DNA of 56,223 bases, from positions 1 to 56,223 of IMG/VR virus record IMGVR_UViG_3300006735_000039; one strand, written 5' to 3'. Position numbers and translations under genes: made by a program. This document shows, piece by piece, positions 19,851 to 30,402 of this stretch (within the stretch, counting starts at the first letter, position 1; each line of letters starts with the position of its first letter). The notes beneath the pieces are model-generated. The model saw only the letters and a list, made by a program, of their open reading frames with translations, was not told where the DNA came from and did not search any database. The stretch is from a virus. Lineage: Duplodnaviria > Caudoviricetes.

Positions 19851-22800
19851 TGGAAGAGTTAACTCTACTAGAAAATGACAAAGCTAAACTAGATGGTATA
19901 GTTCAGCAGATGATTACCAATAATGAGTCTGAAGATAATATTCGATTTGTTGTTAATGATTTTAAATCTAAGTACGGTAAAAAAAAAGAGGAGTCTTTAC
20001 CAGAATCTATAGACACATCTGCTCCATTAGAATCAGAAACCCCTTCTACAGAGTCTAATGAAATGACTATTGAAGAAGCCAAGTCTATTGCGAAAGATGA
20101 AGCTTCTAAAGGTTTGTGGGGAGAGCTTACTGATTGGGCTGTTGAAACTACTAATACGCTTGGAGCATATTATGGTGTTTCTTTAGGTGGTTTGGGTTCA
20201 GAAGTTGCACTAAAAATGCTTGATAGAGAGTCTGTAAAACAAATTTCTAAAGCTTCTTTAAAGTCTGAAGCTGAAAGAAAAGAAAAAATAAAAGCTGCAC
20301 AAAAAGCAGTTGAAGCAGACATAATGGCTAATCCAGAATCTAGTGTTGAGCAGTATGACTTTGTGATAGAGGAAATAAAAAGATTAGAAGAGGAGTATAG
20401 AAATAAGCCTTACAGTCCTTCAATGGATAAAAAGTTAGAGGAGCTGAATGCCCAGAAAAACATGATGGCTCCTGGTGCTGAAAAAGTAAAATCTGCTAGT
20501 TGGTTTAAGGGAAACGTATTAGATGCAACTGAAGAGACTGCAATATATCAGCCAACAGGAAGTATTGAAGATGCAAAAACTGGTGAAGACTTGGGGACTG
20601 TGAAAGGTTCTGAGGATGATGTATACTTAGCTACATATAAAAAGTTTTTAGAAGACACTAATCCTAAATCTTTAGAAGAGCATAATGAAAAAGTAAACTC
20701 TTTAAAAGAAAGTGGTAGTATTAAATTGTTGGAAGATGCTGAATCTAAATTTGAGATACAAGCTAATAACTGGTATAATCAACAGATTAATACTTCTTTA
20801 GAGCTAGCTAAAAAGAAAAAAAGAATAAATTCTGAAACTGGTGCAGAGTACACTCTTCAAGATGTAATTAATGAGTCTGATAATTTAACAAAAAATATTA
20901 AAAATTCAGAAAAAACTTTACTTGATTTAGATAAAAAAATAAAAGACAAAATAGAAAAATCTACATCAGCGTCAGAAGCTATAAAGTCTTCTATGCAAAA
21001 CGAATTTAACTCTGAAGCTGAAAAAATAGTTTCTTCTTATGAAGAGATGGCTAAAACTGCTACAACTCAAGAAGAGCTAGACAACATAAACAATAGGTTA
21101 AAATCAGATATTGCTAAGCTAGAGATAGATATAACAGCTAAATATTCCTCTAGATTTAATGATATAAGTGATGAAATAAACACATTAAATAGGCAAAGAG
21201 CTTCTACATACGATAAGTATAAAGATTCTGTAGATTCTTTTAATGATATTATCGGCTCTGATGATTTTGTAGAGTATAAAAATCTTACTTCTCAGTATAA
21301 TAATGTTTTTCAAAACACAGAAGAAATAATAAAAAAATACCCAACAGCATTAGCTAAAAAACAAGAAATTGAAGATAAACAAATAGAGTTAGACCTTACT
21401 AGAAAGAAAAGACTAGAAGGAGATGTTGGAGCTACTGTAAAGTCTGCTTGGAATTATATAAATAAAAAAGGCTCTCAGTATGCTGAAAGCTTATTAACTC
21501 TTGGTAGAACAGTTACTGCTGGTGATGATTATGATTTTTTAGAAAAACTTGGAGACCTGGTTGAATACCATCTTGAAGATAATCAAGTTCAATCCTCTAG
21601 CAACGAAAGAGCTTTGGTTGAAAAGGTTGTTCTTTTTTCAGACTTTAGATTAACCTTGGATGACAATGGAGAGGTTATTGACGTTAGAGATAAGGATGGT
21701 TATAAGGTTAGGAACGCAATAACATCTAAACAGGTTGTTGCTGATTTTTTAAGTATACCTAAAGATGAAAGACCAAAAGAAACTACGGAAGTAAATGATA
21801 ATATTTTATTTACAAAGTTTCTAGACACATCTCTTGATATGGCTGCTTTGATATATGGTGGTCAGTTTGCTACAAAATCTTTATCTGCTTTAAGCAAGTT
21901 TTATAAGTTTAATAAAATCGCTGGTCTTACTTCTGTTGGTTATGTTTTCGAACACAATAGTTTATATAACGAAGCTCTTGACGCAGGCATGTCTAAAGAT
22001 GATGCTGGTAAGTTTGCGATGTCTGGTGCTGTAATTATAGGGGCTTTAGAAAATCTAAGTCCTGGAGATGCTATATTTGATGGTGCTATAAAAAGAAAAA
22101 TAACTAAAGAGTACCTAGAAATATTAGCAAAAGGTAAAGCAACAAAAGGTGATGTTGCTAGAGTTATTGCTAGAAATGTTGCTGTTGAAATACCAAAAGA
22201 AAACATACAGGAATTTTCTCAGACTGTTGCAGATAGAGTTGTTAAAGCTGTTGCTAATAATGTGTTAAACAATAATTATTTTGATACAGAAATAGAAAAA
22301 GAAGAGCTTTTAGAAAGCTTTATATTAACAACAATGAGTACGGGGTCTTTAGCTGCAAAAACTCAAGCTTCAGCTCAAAGAACTTCTACCTTGGAATCTA
22401 ATGCTTTGTATACCGCAGCTAAAAATAAAGACCAAGACAAGATGTTCCAAAAACTTGACATGATGGTTGAGGATGGAACTATAGAGCAAGACGCTGCTAA
22501 TAGTACTAAAGAGTTAATTATTGAGGCTAAAGATTTATTCTCTAAACTACCAGAGGGGAAGTATACTCCAGTAATGGAAAGTCAAATACTTGAGCTACAA
22601 CTACTTAAGAATAAAGCTTTAAAAGAACAAAAATCTTCTGATGCCGTATTTGGAAAGCAATACGAAACAACTATAAATCAGATTGATAAAGAAATAAATG
22701 CCATCATAAACTCTAAGTCACCAAGATTATTCTTTAATGAAAGAGTTGAGAATCTAAATGTAGAAAAGGCTCCTAAGTTATCTCAGTTAAATCAACAATA

Positions 22801-25800
22801 TATATCTGGTGAAATAACTCAAGAGCAGTATGATGCTAAACTTAAGTCTATAGTTAACCCAAGTAAGGGTGTTGTCTTAGACGCAATACAAAGTTTCGGA
22901 GAAAAGATTGGTAAAAAGCTTAGTAGAAAGCAGGTTATTCAGCCAATAAGTATTCAGAAAGGAATTGCTATAGCTGATGCTTACGAAGCAATGCAGAGTA
23001 ACCCTAATGACACAGAGGTTAAGCAAGCATACGATGCTTTTAAACAAGAGACTAAAGAGCAGTTCGAACACTTCCAGTCTTTAGGATTTAAATTTATGCC
23101 TCAAAAAGAAGGTCAGGCTTATGGTACTTCTAAGGAGATGGCTGATGATGTTTCTGATAATAAGACTCTTAAATTTTTACCTACTGAAAATGAGTTTAGA
23201 ACTGGTGACGCTTCTGTAGACCATCCTCTACTAGAAAAAACAGGAATTGTTATTGATGGATACGAGCTATCATTTAATGATATGTTTAGAGCTGTTCATG
23301 ATATGGCTGGTCACGCTGCTCATGGATTTCAGTTTGGACCACTAGGTCAAACAAATGCTTATCTTGGTCACGCAAAAACTTACAGCCCGTTAGCTCAGAG
23401 AGCTTTGTTCTCAGAAACTATGGGTCAAAATAGTTATAATAACTTTGGCTCTCATCTTAGAAATGAAGATGGAAAAATACCAAAGAAGGGAGAGGCTGGG
23501 TTTGTTCCTTTATCTATGAGACCTTACGCCCCGCAAAAAGCTGGATTACTTTCTGTTGAGTTGATGACTGATGTTGAGATGCAGAGAAGAGTTCTTGATA
23601 CTCCTTTCCAAGACTTGGTCCTTAACAATATAGATGTAGAGCTTGATAACATTCTTGCTAAGATTGAAAATCAAGAAGACCTTACAGAGCAAGAAATTGA
23701 TGACGCTAAAAAATACCTAGACCAAATATTTGACCAGGTAATAAATTCTAATATAACTCAGCAAGGAAAAAATATTGTAACACAATACCTTGAGCTTGTT
23801 GAAAATACCATTGATAATTATGAAAACATCATTACTACTAAGACTGTCACAGTTGTCGAAACCAAAGTTGGAACGTACGCTGAGAGAGGTGCGATTAAGA
23901 AAAGAGTCTCAGAATACTCAAAACAAGTCAGACCAGCAAGAGAAAGACTCGTTGGAAGGATAGTTCAGGTTGAAGGCTTGGAGCTTCCAGAGGGAAGTGT
24001 AGCCGTTCTTAACCAAGATAATGACGGAGTATTCATTGAGGTTGTAGACAGAGAAACTGGAACTAGAAGTCAGCGTGTAGATTTAGGAACAAACAACCCT
24101 AATGAAATATCCATTGAGAATGTAGAGATGGATGAGTTTGATAGACCCGCTTCTGCGCAATTAAAGTTTGGAGATACCAACATGACCGTTGTAGACCCTA
24201 CTCTAGTTATGGATTTAGCTATTGAAAAGCACGAAGAGGTTAATCCAATATTTGAACAAGATGTTGAAACTATTCAGTATGGTATAGAAACTGTTACTGA
24301 GCAAGAAATAAGTGAAAGGATAGAAAAAACTGATGAAGAGGTCAGGATAGAAGAGGAAAATAAAACTGATATTGAAAAGATTAAGGAGCAAATAGAAATG
24401 TCTGCTTTATCTAATAAGTCTTTGAAGGGCAAGGGCTTACAGCACTTAGTGGATAGATTACAAAATGCTTTCCCTAACGCTCCAATCGCTATAATTAATA
24501 GCAAGCAAGCAGAGTCTATACTTCCTGGCACTAACGCAGGAAAATCAAAAGGTTTTGCTTATGGTGGTAAGGTTTACATAGTGGGAGATAATGTTACTAT
24601 GGATACACCTATCCATGAGATGGCTCACATATTTAATTCTTACGCTAAGAAATACGAGCCAAAACTATACAAGAAAGGTTTAGAATTAGTTAAGGGAACT
24701 AAGTACGAAAAGGATGTTAGAAACAATCCTAGCTATAGCAACCTTGACGAAGAGGGAATATTAGAAGAGGCTCTTGCTCAAGCTATTGGTGAGAAGGGTG
24801 CTCTACTAGAGCAGGGTAAGAGAAAAGGATTCCAGGCTTGGTTAAAGAAACTATTTGATATAATCAAGAGTAAAGGTATTCCTGTAAACTTAACCTTAGG
24901 GCAGTACACAGACTTTGTTGCTGGAAGGTTAACATCTGGAGAAACTATTTCTGATATAACAGCAGAAGAGTTAAACGAAATAGATTCAAACCCTAAACTA
25001 AAAGCTTTATTTTCTTTTGTATATGATAACGGATTAGATGCTAACAACGAAGCTGTTGTTCAATCTAGAATACTAGAGTCTCTAAGAGAGGCTAAGAAGT
25101 ATGTTCAAGAGGGGATGGATGCAAAGTTAATAGCAAAAGCTACTGGGTGGTCTCAAGGTCCTGATGGGTTCTGGAGATTTGAGGTTTCTGATGCAGATTT
25201 AAATTTTAATCCAAAAGTAAAATCAGATATTATTGATAGCTTTGAATTATTTTTTGCAAGAGGAAACGAAGGTCTATTAGAGTTTTCTGATAAAATTTCA
25301 TCGTTATTTGATGGTAATGTTTTAGCAGAGTTTTATTCAGAACTAAAAAACATTAATGTAGAGTTTAGTCTTTTTGAAGGTAGCGGAAATAGTAAAGGAG
25401 CCGTAAAAACAATAATGCCAAGGCATATAGTTAATGCTGCTGCTTTATTAGATAATGCAAGCTTAGAGATTAGTGATAAAGATAGAAGCGAGTTAGTCAG
25501 CATGATTGATGACTTTGCTGATGGAATAGGTTTAGATAAGATAACAAATGATATAAGCGTAAATCCTTTAGTATCCTCGGATAAATATAAGGCTATGTAC
25601 CTTTCAGCAATTTTTTCACAAGAAGTCGCTGAAGTTAGAGCATTGCTTAAACAAAGAGATTCTGTAAAGGATAGCGATGCAAGAGAAGATGTTAATAAAT
25701 ATTTTCAAATAGAAGCAGAAATATTAGATATTCAAGATGAAGTTAAAAAAACACATCCTTTTTTAGAAAATACTTTTGATACAGTAACAATTATACCTGA

Positions 25801-28800
25801 AAACAAAGCATACGCATCCGCAGAGCTTATGATGATGGAAGCTGAGGCTGCAACTGTTGAAGAGAGAAAAGATGTGTTTTATAATAATCTTTTTGAAGAA
25901 ATAAAAAGCACCTTTGTTCACGAACAACAACATGTGGCGCAAGGGCTTGCTAGTGTTTCGAAAGGTGGCAACATGGAAATGGTTTCTATATTTGATGCAG
26001 CTCTAAGAGAGTACGTTGCGGATGACACAAGAACGAAGGAAGAGAAATACAAAAAAACATTTGAAGCTTACCAAAATTTGTTTGGAGAACAAGAGGCAAG
26101 GATTGTTCAGGATAGAATGAATATGACTCAAGAACAACTAAATGAAGATGTTGTTGATTTTGGAGACATAAAAAATTCTATAGTTGTTTCTCACGCACAA
26201 TATATTCTTGCTGAAACATCTAGGGAGTTTGAAACAGATTTATTTTCAAGCAGCGAACAAGTAATCAGTAAGGTAATGGAGCTTGGTTTAAAGCAAGCGC
26301 AAGACAGAATTAAGCCTAGGTTTAGTTTTGCTCCAGAAAATCCTACAGAAAGAAAAGGTTTTAATGATTGGTTTGCAAACTCACAAATTGTAAATGAAGA
26401 GGGTACTCCACAAGTTTACTACCACGGAACAACTCGTGTGTTTGATAACTTTGATATGGGTAGAACATCACAACTTGTTGATGCTATGTTTTTTACTCCT
26501 GACCCAGAGTTTGCTAACAAATACACAGAGCCATCAGCAGTAGAAAAAGTTAGAGGAGACTCTGTTTTACCTAACATAATGCCTGCATACATAAGCATAC
26601 AAAATCCTTTTGATTACGAAAATCCAAGTCATGTAAAAAGACTTGTAAACTCTTTAGGTAATGTGGATATTGAGTTATTTGCTATAAGCCAGGGTATTGA
26701 CCCAAGTGAAAATAGCAGAGATAATATTGGCAGAATTATATCGTCTAATACAAATAATAACTGGGGATACTTAGAGCCTTTTGGTAATAAGATAAAATCT
26801 CTTGGATATGATTCTATGTATATAGGTGAAAGAGGTCGTAAGAATGTTGCTATATTCGACCCCAACCAAGCTAAGTCAGTATACTCTAATGACTATAGCA
26901 CGACTAAGTTTTCTAAACCTACTCAATTTGATATTAAAAAGTTAGTATCTGATTTAGTTGAGCAAGGGTTTACTAAGGATAAAATACTAGAGTCCTTTTC
27001 ACAATTAGGTTACGACTTGAACGATGTGAATACAGCGTTTGATTCTTTGATGAATGATAGTATCAAAAATAATTTTGTTAAAGAGCAAGAAATTGCAAGA
27101 CAAAATAAACTTGTTAACGCTAATGAAGATGTTTCTATTTGGCAAGGGATTACTGATAAGTTAAAAAATGCAGGAAAGTATGTTGCTAATTTATTTACTC
27201 CTCAAGGTCAGTTAAGAAAAGAAGTTTACACTCTTATAGAAGACAAGGGTCAGAATGTAAAGGCTATGATTGCCAATATTCAATTTTCTCAAAGAAAACT
27301 AAACAGAGCTTTAAAAGGTGTTGTTGATGGTTCTATGAAAATGAATAACCCTAGTTATGCTGAAGTAATAAAAGATGTTGAAAAAGCATTAAGGGGTCAG
27401 CTTTCTTTTAGTGAGCTAACAAAAATGTATAACGTAGAGGTTTCTGAGATTGTTGAATCTATGAGAAATCAAATAGATAGTTTATCATCTCAGCTTATAG
27501 ACTCTGGATTTACCCAAGATGATATTAAGCTTAAAATAATAGACAACCTTGGTTCTTATTTAACACGTTCTTACGCATTGTATGATGACCCTTCGTTTAG
27601 CAGTAAGACTGGTCCAGAAATTAGAGAAGCTTTTGCTAAAGACCCTAACAAGTCTGCCATACTTAATAACGCTATAAACTATCTTAGAAGAGAACAGTCT
27701 AATCAAATATATGAAAGGTTGATGAACTTTTATGAAGGAGAGTTAACTAGAGTAAATCAAGAATATCAAAGTGGTCAAATAACTAAAGAAGATTACGAAT
27801 CGCAAAAGTCTGAAATTGTTGACACTTTAAATAATAAAGATGGAAAATTAACTGAAGTTTTTGAAAATGAATTGCTTAATGTTATTGATAGCATACTGAA
27901 TAAACAAGAAGTCTCTTTCTTAGGTGTTACTGGTGCTTTATCAACAAAAGACTCTAACGTATTAAAACAGAGAAAAGAAATATCTCCAGAACTTAGAGCT
28001 TTAATGGGAGAGTATAATGACCCAATGTACAATTATGCTAACACTGTTTTAAAAGTATTCTCATTAATTGAACAACAAAAACTTCTTAAAAAATTAAAAA
28101 AAGTTGGTATGAACGATTTTATATACCAACCTAACGACCCTAACAGACCAGGAGATGCTGTTAGAATAGCAGCTGAATCTAATAGTGCTTTAGCTCCTTT
28201 GAATGGAATGTATATAGACCCTACAGTTCTTGCTGAAATACAGGATGTTACAAGTCCTGAACAAAGAGGATTACTTTTACAGAGGTTATTTGATTTTGTT
28301 AGCTGGACTAGAGAAAGTAAAACAACTTTATCTCCAATGACGCACATGAGAAATGTTATTGGTAACTTAGGGTTCATAATGATGAATGGTCATATAGGAT
28401 TTACAAGCCCAAAAGCTGGAGGAAACTCTATAAGAACCGTCATGTATGACCTTAACATTTTAGATTCTAAAATGGCAATGCTTCTTGGTGCTAAAAAGAT
28501 TCTTACAGACCAACACAGACAAGAGACTGAGCAGCTGATACAAAAGCTTACAGCCTTAGGTGTTGTCAGACAGAATGTTTCTGTTAATGATATTATAGAC
28601 TTATCTCAGAATGGAGACTTTGATTACTACTTTTCTAAAAATATGGATGGATACCAGTTGAATGAAAACGACAGGTTGAAAATGATGATGAGCAAAGGTA
28701 AGAAAGGCATAGATATGGGTAGAAAAAAATCTCAAGACTTGTATCAGGCTGAGGATGACATGTTTAAGATTTACGCATTCGCAATGGAGCGTAATAGATA

Positions 28801-29140
28801 TGAGTCAGCTTTAAGAAAGAAGGGTATGACTGAGGCTGAGATAGACGACTTTGTTGCGGAAAGAGTAAAGAATACCTACCCCACCTATTCTAGAGTTGGT
28901 AAAGCTGTTGAGTATATTAGAAAGGTTCCTTTCTTGGGCGACTTCCTGTCATTTAAGTACGAGTCTATAAGAACAATGAAGAATAGTATTCTTATTGCAA
29001 AAAGCGATATGATGGACCCAGACCTTAGAGTTGAGGGAGCTAAAAGAATGGCTTCAACTATTGGTTACTTAGGCTTAAAAACTGCTGGGTTTAAACTTGT
29101 TGCAGGTTTTGCTTCTAATGCTTTCTTAGGATTGTTTTGA
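19850..29140 (+). CDS. Giant polyvalent virion cargo protein (zincin-like metallopeptidase motifs, LPD23-like segment, ADP-ribosyltransferase-like domain)
   Basis: 3096 aa. FRAVHDMAGH (~23285), HEMAH (24614), ATGWSQGPDGFWRFEVSD (~25140), HEQQH..GEQEAR (25919), YYHGT..MFFTP..LGYDS (~26420-26820). Frame continues past TGA 29138-29140. Confidence 0.75.
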   Translation: MEELTLLENDKAKLDGIVQQMITNNESEDNIRFVVNDFKSKYGKKKEESLPESIDTSAPLESETPSTESNEMTIEEAKSIAKDEASKGLWGELTDWAVETTNTLGAYYGVSLGGLGSEVALKMLDRESVKQISKASLKSEAERKEKIKAAQKAVEADIMANPESSVEQYDFVIEEIKRLEEEYRNKPYSPSMDKKLEELNAQKNMMAPGAEKVKSASWFKGNVLDATEETAIYQPTGSIEDAKTGEDLGTVKGSEDDVYLATYKKFLEDTNPKSLEEHNEKVNSLKESGSIKLLEDAESKFEIQANNWYNQQINTSLELAKKKKRINSETGAEYTLQDVINESDNLTKNIKNSEKTLLDLDKKIKDKIEKSTSASEAIKSSMQNEFNSEAEKIVSSYEEMAKTATTQEELDNINNRLKSDIAKLEIDITAKYSSRFNDISDEINTLNRQRASTYDKYKDSVDSFNDIIGSDDFVEYKNLTSQYNNVFQNTEEIIKKYPTALAKKQEIEDKQIELDLTRKKRLEGDVGATVKSAWNYINKKGSQYAESLLTLGRTVTAGDDYDFLEKLGDLVEYHLEDNQVQSSSNERALVEKVVLFSDFRLTLDDNGEVIDVRDKDGYKVRNAITSKQVVADFLSIPKDERPKETTEVNDNILFTKFLDTSLDMAALIYGGQFATKSLSALSKFYKFNKIAGLTSVGYVFEHNSLYNEALDAGMSKDDAGKFAMSGAVIIGALENLSPGDAIFDGAIKRKITKEYLEILAKGKATKGDVARVIARNVAVEIPKENIQEFSQTVADRVVKAVANNVLNNNYFDTEIEKEELLESFILTTMSTGSLAAKTQASAQRTSTLESNALYTAAKNKDQDKMFQKLDMMVEDGTIEQDAANSTKELIIEAKDLFSKLPEGKYTPVMESQILELQLLKNKALKEQKSSDAVFGKQYETTINQIDKEINAIINSKSPRLFFNERVENLNVEKAPKLSQLNQQYISGEITQEQYDAKLKSIVNPSKGVVLDAIQSFGEKIGKKLSRKQVIQPISIQKGIAIADAYEAMQSNPNDTEVKQAYDAFKQETKEQFEHFQSLGFKFMPQKEGQAYGTSKEMADDVSDNKTLKFLPTENEFRTGDASVDHPLLEKTGIVIDGYELSFNDMFRAVHDMAGHAAHGFQFGPLGQTNAYLGHAKTYSPLAQRALFSETMGQNSYNNFGSHLRNEDGKIPKKGEAGFVPLSMRPYAPQKAGLLSVELMTDVEMQRRVLDTPFQDLVLNNIDVELDNILAKIENQEDLTEQEIDDAKKYLDQIFDQVINSNITQQGKNIVTQYLELVENTIDNYENIITTKTVTVVETKVGTYAERGAIKKRVSEYSKQVRPARERLVGRIVQVEGLELPEGSVAVLNQDNDGVFIEVVDRETGTRSQRVDLGTNNPNEISIENVEMDEFDRPASAQLKFGDTNMTVVDPTLVMDLAIEKHEEVNPIFEQDVETIQYGIETVTEQEISERIEKTDEEVRIEEENKTDIEKIKEQIEMSALSNKSLKGKGLQHLVDRLQNAFPNAPIAIINSKQAESILPGTNAGKSKGFAYGGKVYIVGDNVTMDTPIHEMAHIFNSYAKKYEPKLYKKGLELVKGTKYEKDVRNNPSYSNLDEEGILEEALAQAIGEKGALLEQGKRKGFQAWLKKLFDIIKSKGIPVNLTLGQYTDFVAGRLTSGETISDITAEELNEIDSNPKLKALFSFVYDNGLDANNEAVVQSRILESLREAKKYVQEGMDAKLIAKATGWSQGPDGFWRFEVSDADLNFNPKVKSDIIDSFELFFARGNEGLLEFSDKISSLFDGNVLAEFYSELKNINVEFSLFEGSGNSKGAVKTIMPRHIVNAAALLDNASLEISDKDRSELVSMIDDFADGIGLDKITNDISVNPLVSSDKYKAMYLSAIFSQEVAEVRALLKQRDSVKDSDAREDVNKYFQIEAEILDIQDEVKKTHPFLENTFDTVTIIPENKAYASAELMMMEAEAATVEERKDVFYNNLFEEIKSTFVHEQQHVAQGLASVSKGGNMEMVSIFDAALREYVADDTRTKEEKYKKTFEAYQNLFGEQEARIVQDRMNMTQEQLNEDVVDFGDIKNSIVVSHAQYILAETSREFETDLFSSSEQVISKVMELGLKQAQDRIKPRFSFAPENPTERKGFNDWFANSQIVNEEGTPQVYYHGTTRVFDNFDMGRTSQLVDAMFFTPDPEFANKYTEPSAVEKVRGDSVLPNIMPAYISIQNPFDYENPSHVKRLVNSLGNVDIELFAISQGIDPSENSRDNIGRIISSNTNNNWGYLEPFGNKIKSLGYDSMYIGERGRKNVAIFDPNQAKSVYSNDYSTTKFSKPTQFDIKKLVSDLVEQGFTKDKILESFSQLGYDLNDVNTAFDSLMNDSIKNNFVKEQEIARQNKLVNANEDVSIWQGITDKLKNAGKYVANLFTPQGQLRKEVYTLIEDKGQNVKAMIANIQFSQRKLNRALKGVVDGSMKMNNPSYAEVIKDVEKALRGQLSFSELTKMYNVEVSEIVESMRNQIDSLSSQLIDSGFTQDDIKLKIIDNLGSYLTRSYALYDDPSFSSKTGPEIREAFAKDPNKSAILNNAINYLRREQSNQIYERLMNFYEGELTRVNQEYQSGQITKEDYESQKSEIVDTLNNKDGKLTEVFENELLNVIDSILNKQEVSFLGVTGALSTKDSNVLKQRKEISPELRALMGEYNDPMYNYANTVLKVFSLIEQQKLLKKLKKVGMNDFIYQPNDPNRPGDAVRIAAESNSALAPLNGMYIDPTVLAEIQDVTSPEQRGLLLQRLFDFVSWTRESKTTLSPMTHMRNVIGNLGFIMMNGHIGFTSPKAGGNSIRTVMYDLNILDSKMAMLLGAKKILTDQHRQETEQLIQKLTALGVVRQNVSVNDIIDLSQNGDFDYYFSKNMDGYQLNENDRLKMMMSKGKKGIDMGRKKSQDLYQAEDDMFKIYAFAMERNRYESALRKKGMTEAEIDDFVAERVKNTYPTYSRVGKAVEYIRKVPFLGDFLSFKYESIRTMKNSILIAKSDMMDPDLRVEGAKRMASTIGYLGLKTAGFKLVAGFASNAFLGLF

Positions 29141-29899
29141 GGAGAGGATGAAGAAGAAAAGAAAAAGATATTGGCTTGCAGAAAGTTTTTGCCAGAGTAT
29201 GATGAGTTTGGCTCTATAAATATAACAAAGATAAATGGTGATGGTACATTTGAGTACACTAATGTTGGTGCTGTTGACCCACACTCTGACTTAGAGGAGG
29301 TTCTTACATCTATAGATTTATTATCTGACCCAGATTATGGTAACGAGTCTTTAGCTATTGCAATTAGCAAAAGTATAGGAAACTACATAGGTTCTTATCT
29401 TGGATTAAGTATGGGTACAGAAGCTACACTACAAATCAGAGATATACTTTCTGACCCTGCATTAACTGATGATGCTAAATTTTCTAAAATATTATCAGAG
29501 ATGGATGTTTTATTACCAGGATTTGTTACTCAAATAGATAAAGTTGCAAAGTCTGAGGATAAAATTAAGACAATGAAGAGTATGCTCACTGGTGTAAGAG
29601 AATCTAAATCAGACCCTAAATTTAAAATTAGAAGAGAGCTAAAAAACTTATCTGGAAAGATTTCTTCAGAAAGAAGCTTGACCTACAAAGATAAAAGTGC
29701 AGAACAATATAGAATCTCGATAAACAATCTAAACGAAGAGGTTGCTTATGTGAAAGATTTAATTGACTCCGCTAGAATGTTAGGGGTTCCTAACAATGAA
29801 ATAAAGAAAATGATTAATAGCCCTAAAATTTTATTACCTAAACAGGTTCGAAGAGAGCTTTATTTAGGAAGTAGCACTGGGGTTTGGTTTAACTATTAA
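29141..29899 (+). CDS. In-frame C-terminal continuation of the giant protein beyond a single TGA
   Basis: TTG TTT TGA GGA GAG GAT GAA GAA GAA..: same frame as 19850..29140 and open to TAA 29899. Only a TTG start is available near the beginning. Confidence 0.65.
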   Translation, partial: GEDEEEKKKILACRKFLPEYDEFGSINITKINGDGTFEYTNVGAVDPHSDLEEVLTSIDLLSDPDYGNESLAIAISKSIGNYIGSYLGLSMGTEATLQIRDILSDPALTDDAKFSKILSEMDVLLPGFVTQIDKVAKSEDKIKTMKSMLTGVRESKSDPKFKIRRELKNLSGKISSERSLTYKDKSAEQYRISINNLNEEVAYVKDLIDSARMLGVPNNEIKKMINSPKILLPKQVRRELYLGSSTGVWFNY

Positions 29900-29928
29900 T
29901 GCTTGAGCATGTGCTATTAGCATATGCC
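29896..29928 (+). repeat. AGCATATGCT-type palindrome array, copy 1
   Basis: TTAATGCTTG-AGCATGTGCT-ATT-AGCATATGCC, homologous to 50179-50224 and 54706-54750. Confidence 0.75.
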
Positions 29929-29964
29929 ATGAATATATTAATTGTATTAATGAATTAAAAATAG

Positions 29965-29972
29965 TATTTTTG
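29965..29972 (+). promoter_or_regulatory. -7 promoter element
   Basis: TATTTTTG matches TAnnTTTG, 22 nt before ATG 29995. Confidence 0.5.
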
Positions 29973-29994
29973 TACACTATAAACACTTTTAAAA

Positions 29995-30387
29995 ATGAGT
30001 AAATTTGAACAAGAAGCATTGGGATATGCTGGAGCTGTTATACTTCACGATGGAGATACAGTAGATAATATCAAAGGTCTTGCTATTCAGGCGATTGAAG
30101 ACACTACATTCACTACGTTAACCCTAGATACCACTGTTATTAAAACGACAATCAAGGGTGCGACTGGTGCTTCAGATGACATTACATTGCAAACCTTAAA
30201 TCCTGACGGAACTCCTGTAGAATCTTACACCCCTAGTGGTGGTTCTGCTAACACAGTTAACACTATGGTTGACGGTGCTACATCTAACCTACAGAGTGCT
30301 ACGTTATTAAAGGGTCACATTATATACCTTCCATTTACAAAGGTTGTTGTGAACTCTGGCTTAGTTATTTGCTATAGAAGAATCTGA
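29995..30387 (+). CDS. Hypothetical beta-rich protein, possibly structural
   Basis: 130 aa, Thr/Gly-rich. Ends in TGA. Confidence 0.5.
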   Translation: MSKFEQEALGYAGAVILHDGDTVDNIKGLAIQAIEDTTFTTLTLDTTVIKTTIKGATGASDDITLQTLNPDGTPVESYTPSGGSANTVNTMVDGATSNLQSATLLKGHIIYLPFTKVVVNSGLVICYRRI

Positions 30388-30402
30388 TTCTTTTATTTTA
30401 AA

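Noticed and set aside
29138-29140. Genome-wide stop codon reassignment
   Set aside because: TGA and TAG end several tightly coupled genes, and other ORFs are intact under the standard code.
19850-29899. Virion RNA polymerase as in crAss-like or N4 phages
   Set aside because: No DxDxD catalytic motif seen (GDFDY is not one). Recognisable motifs are polyvalent-protein domains. A highly diverged RNAP cannot be fully excluded without profile searches.
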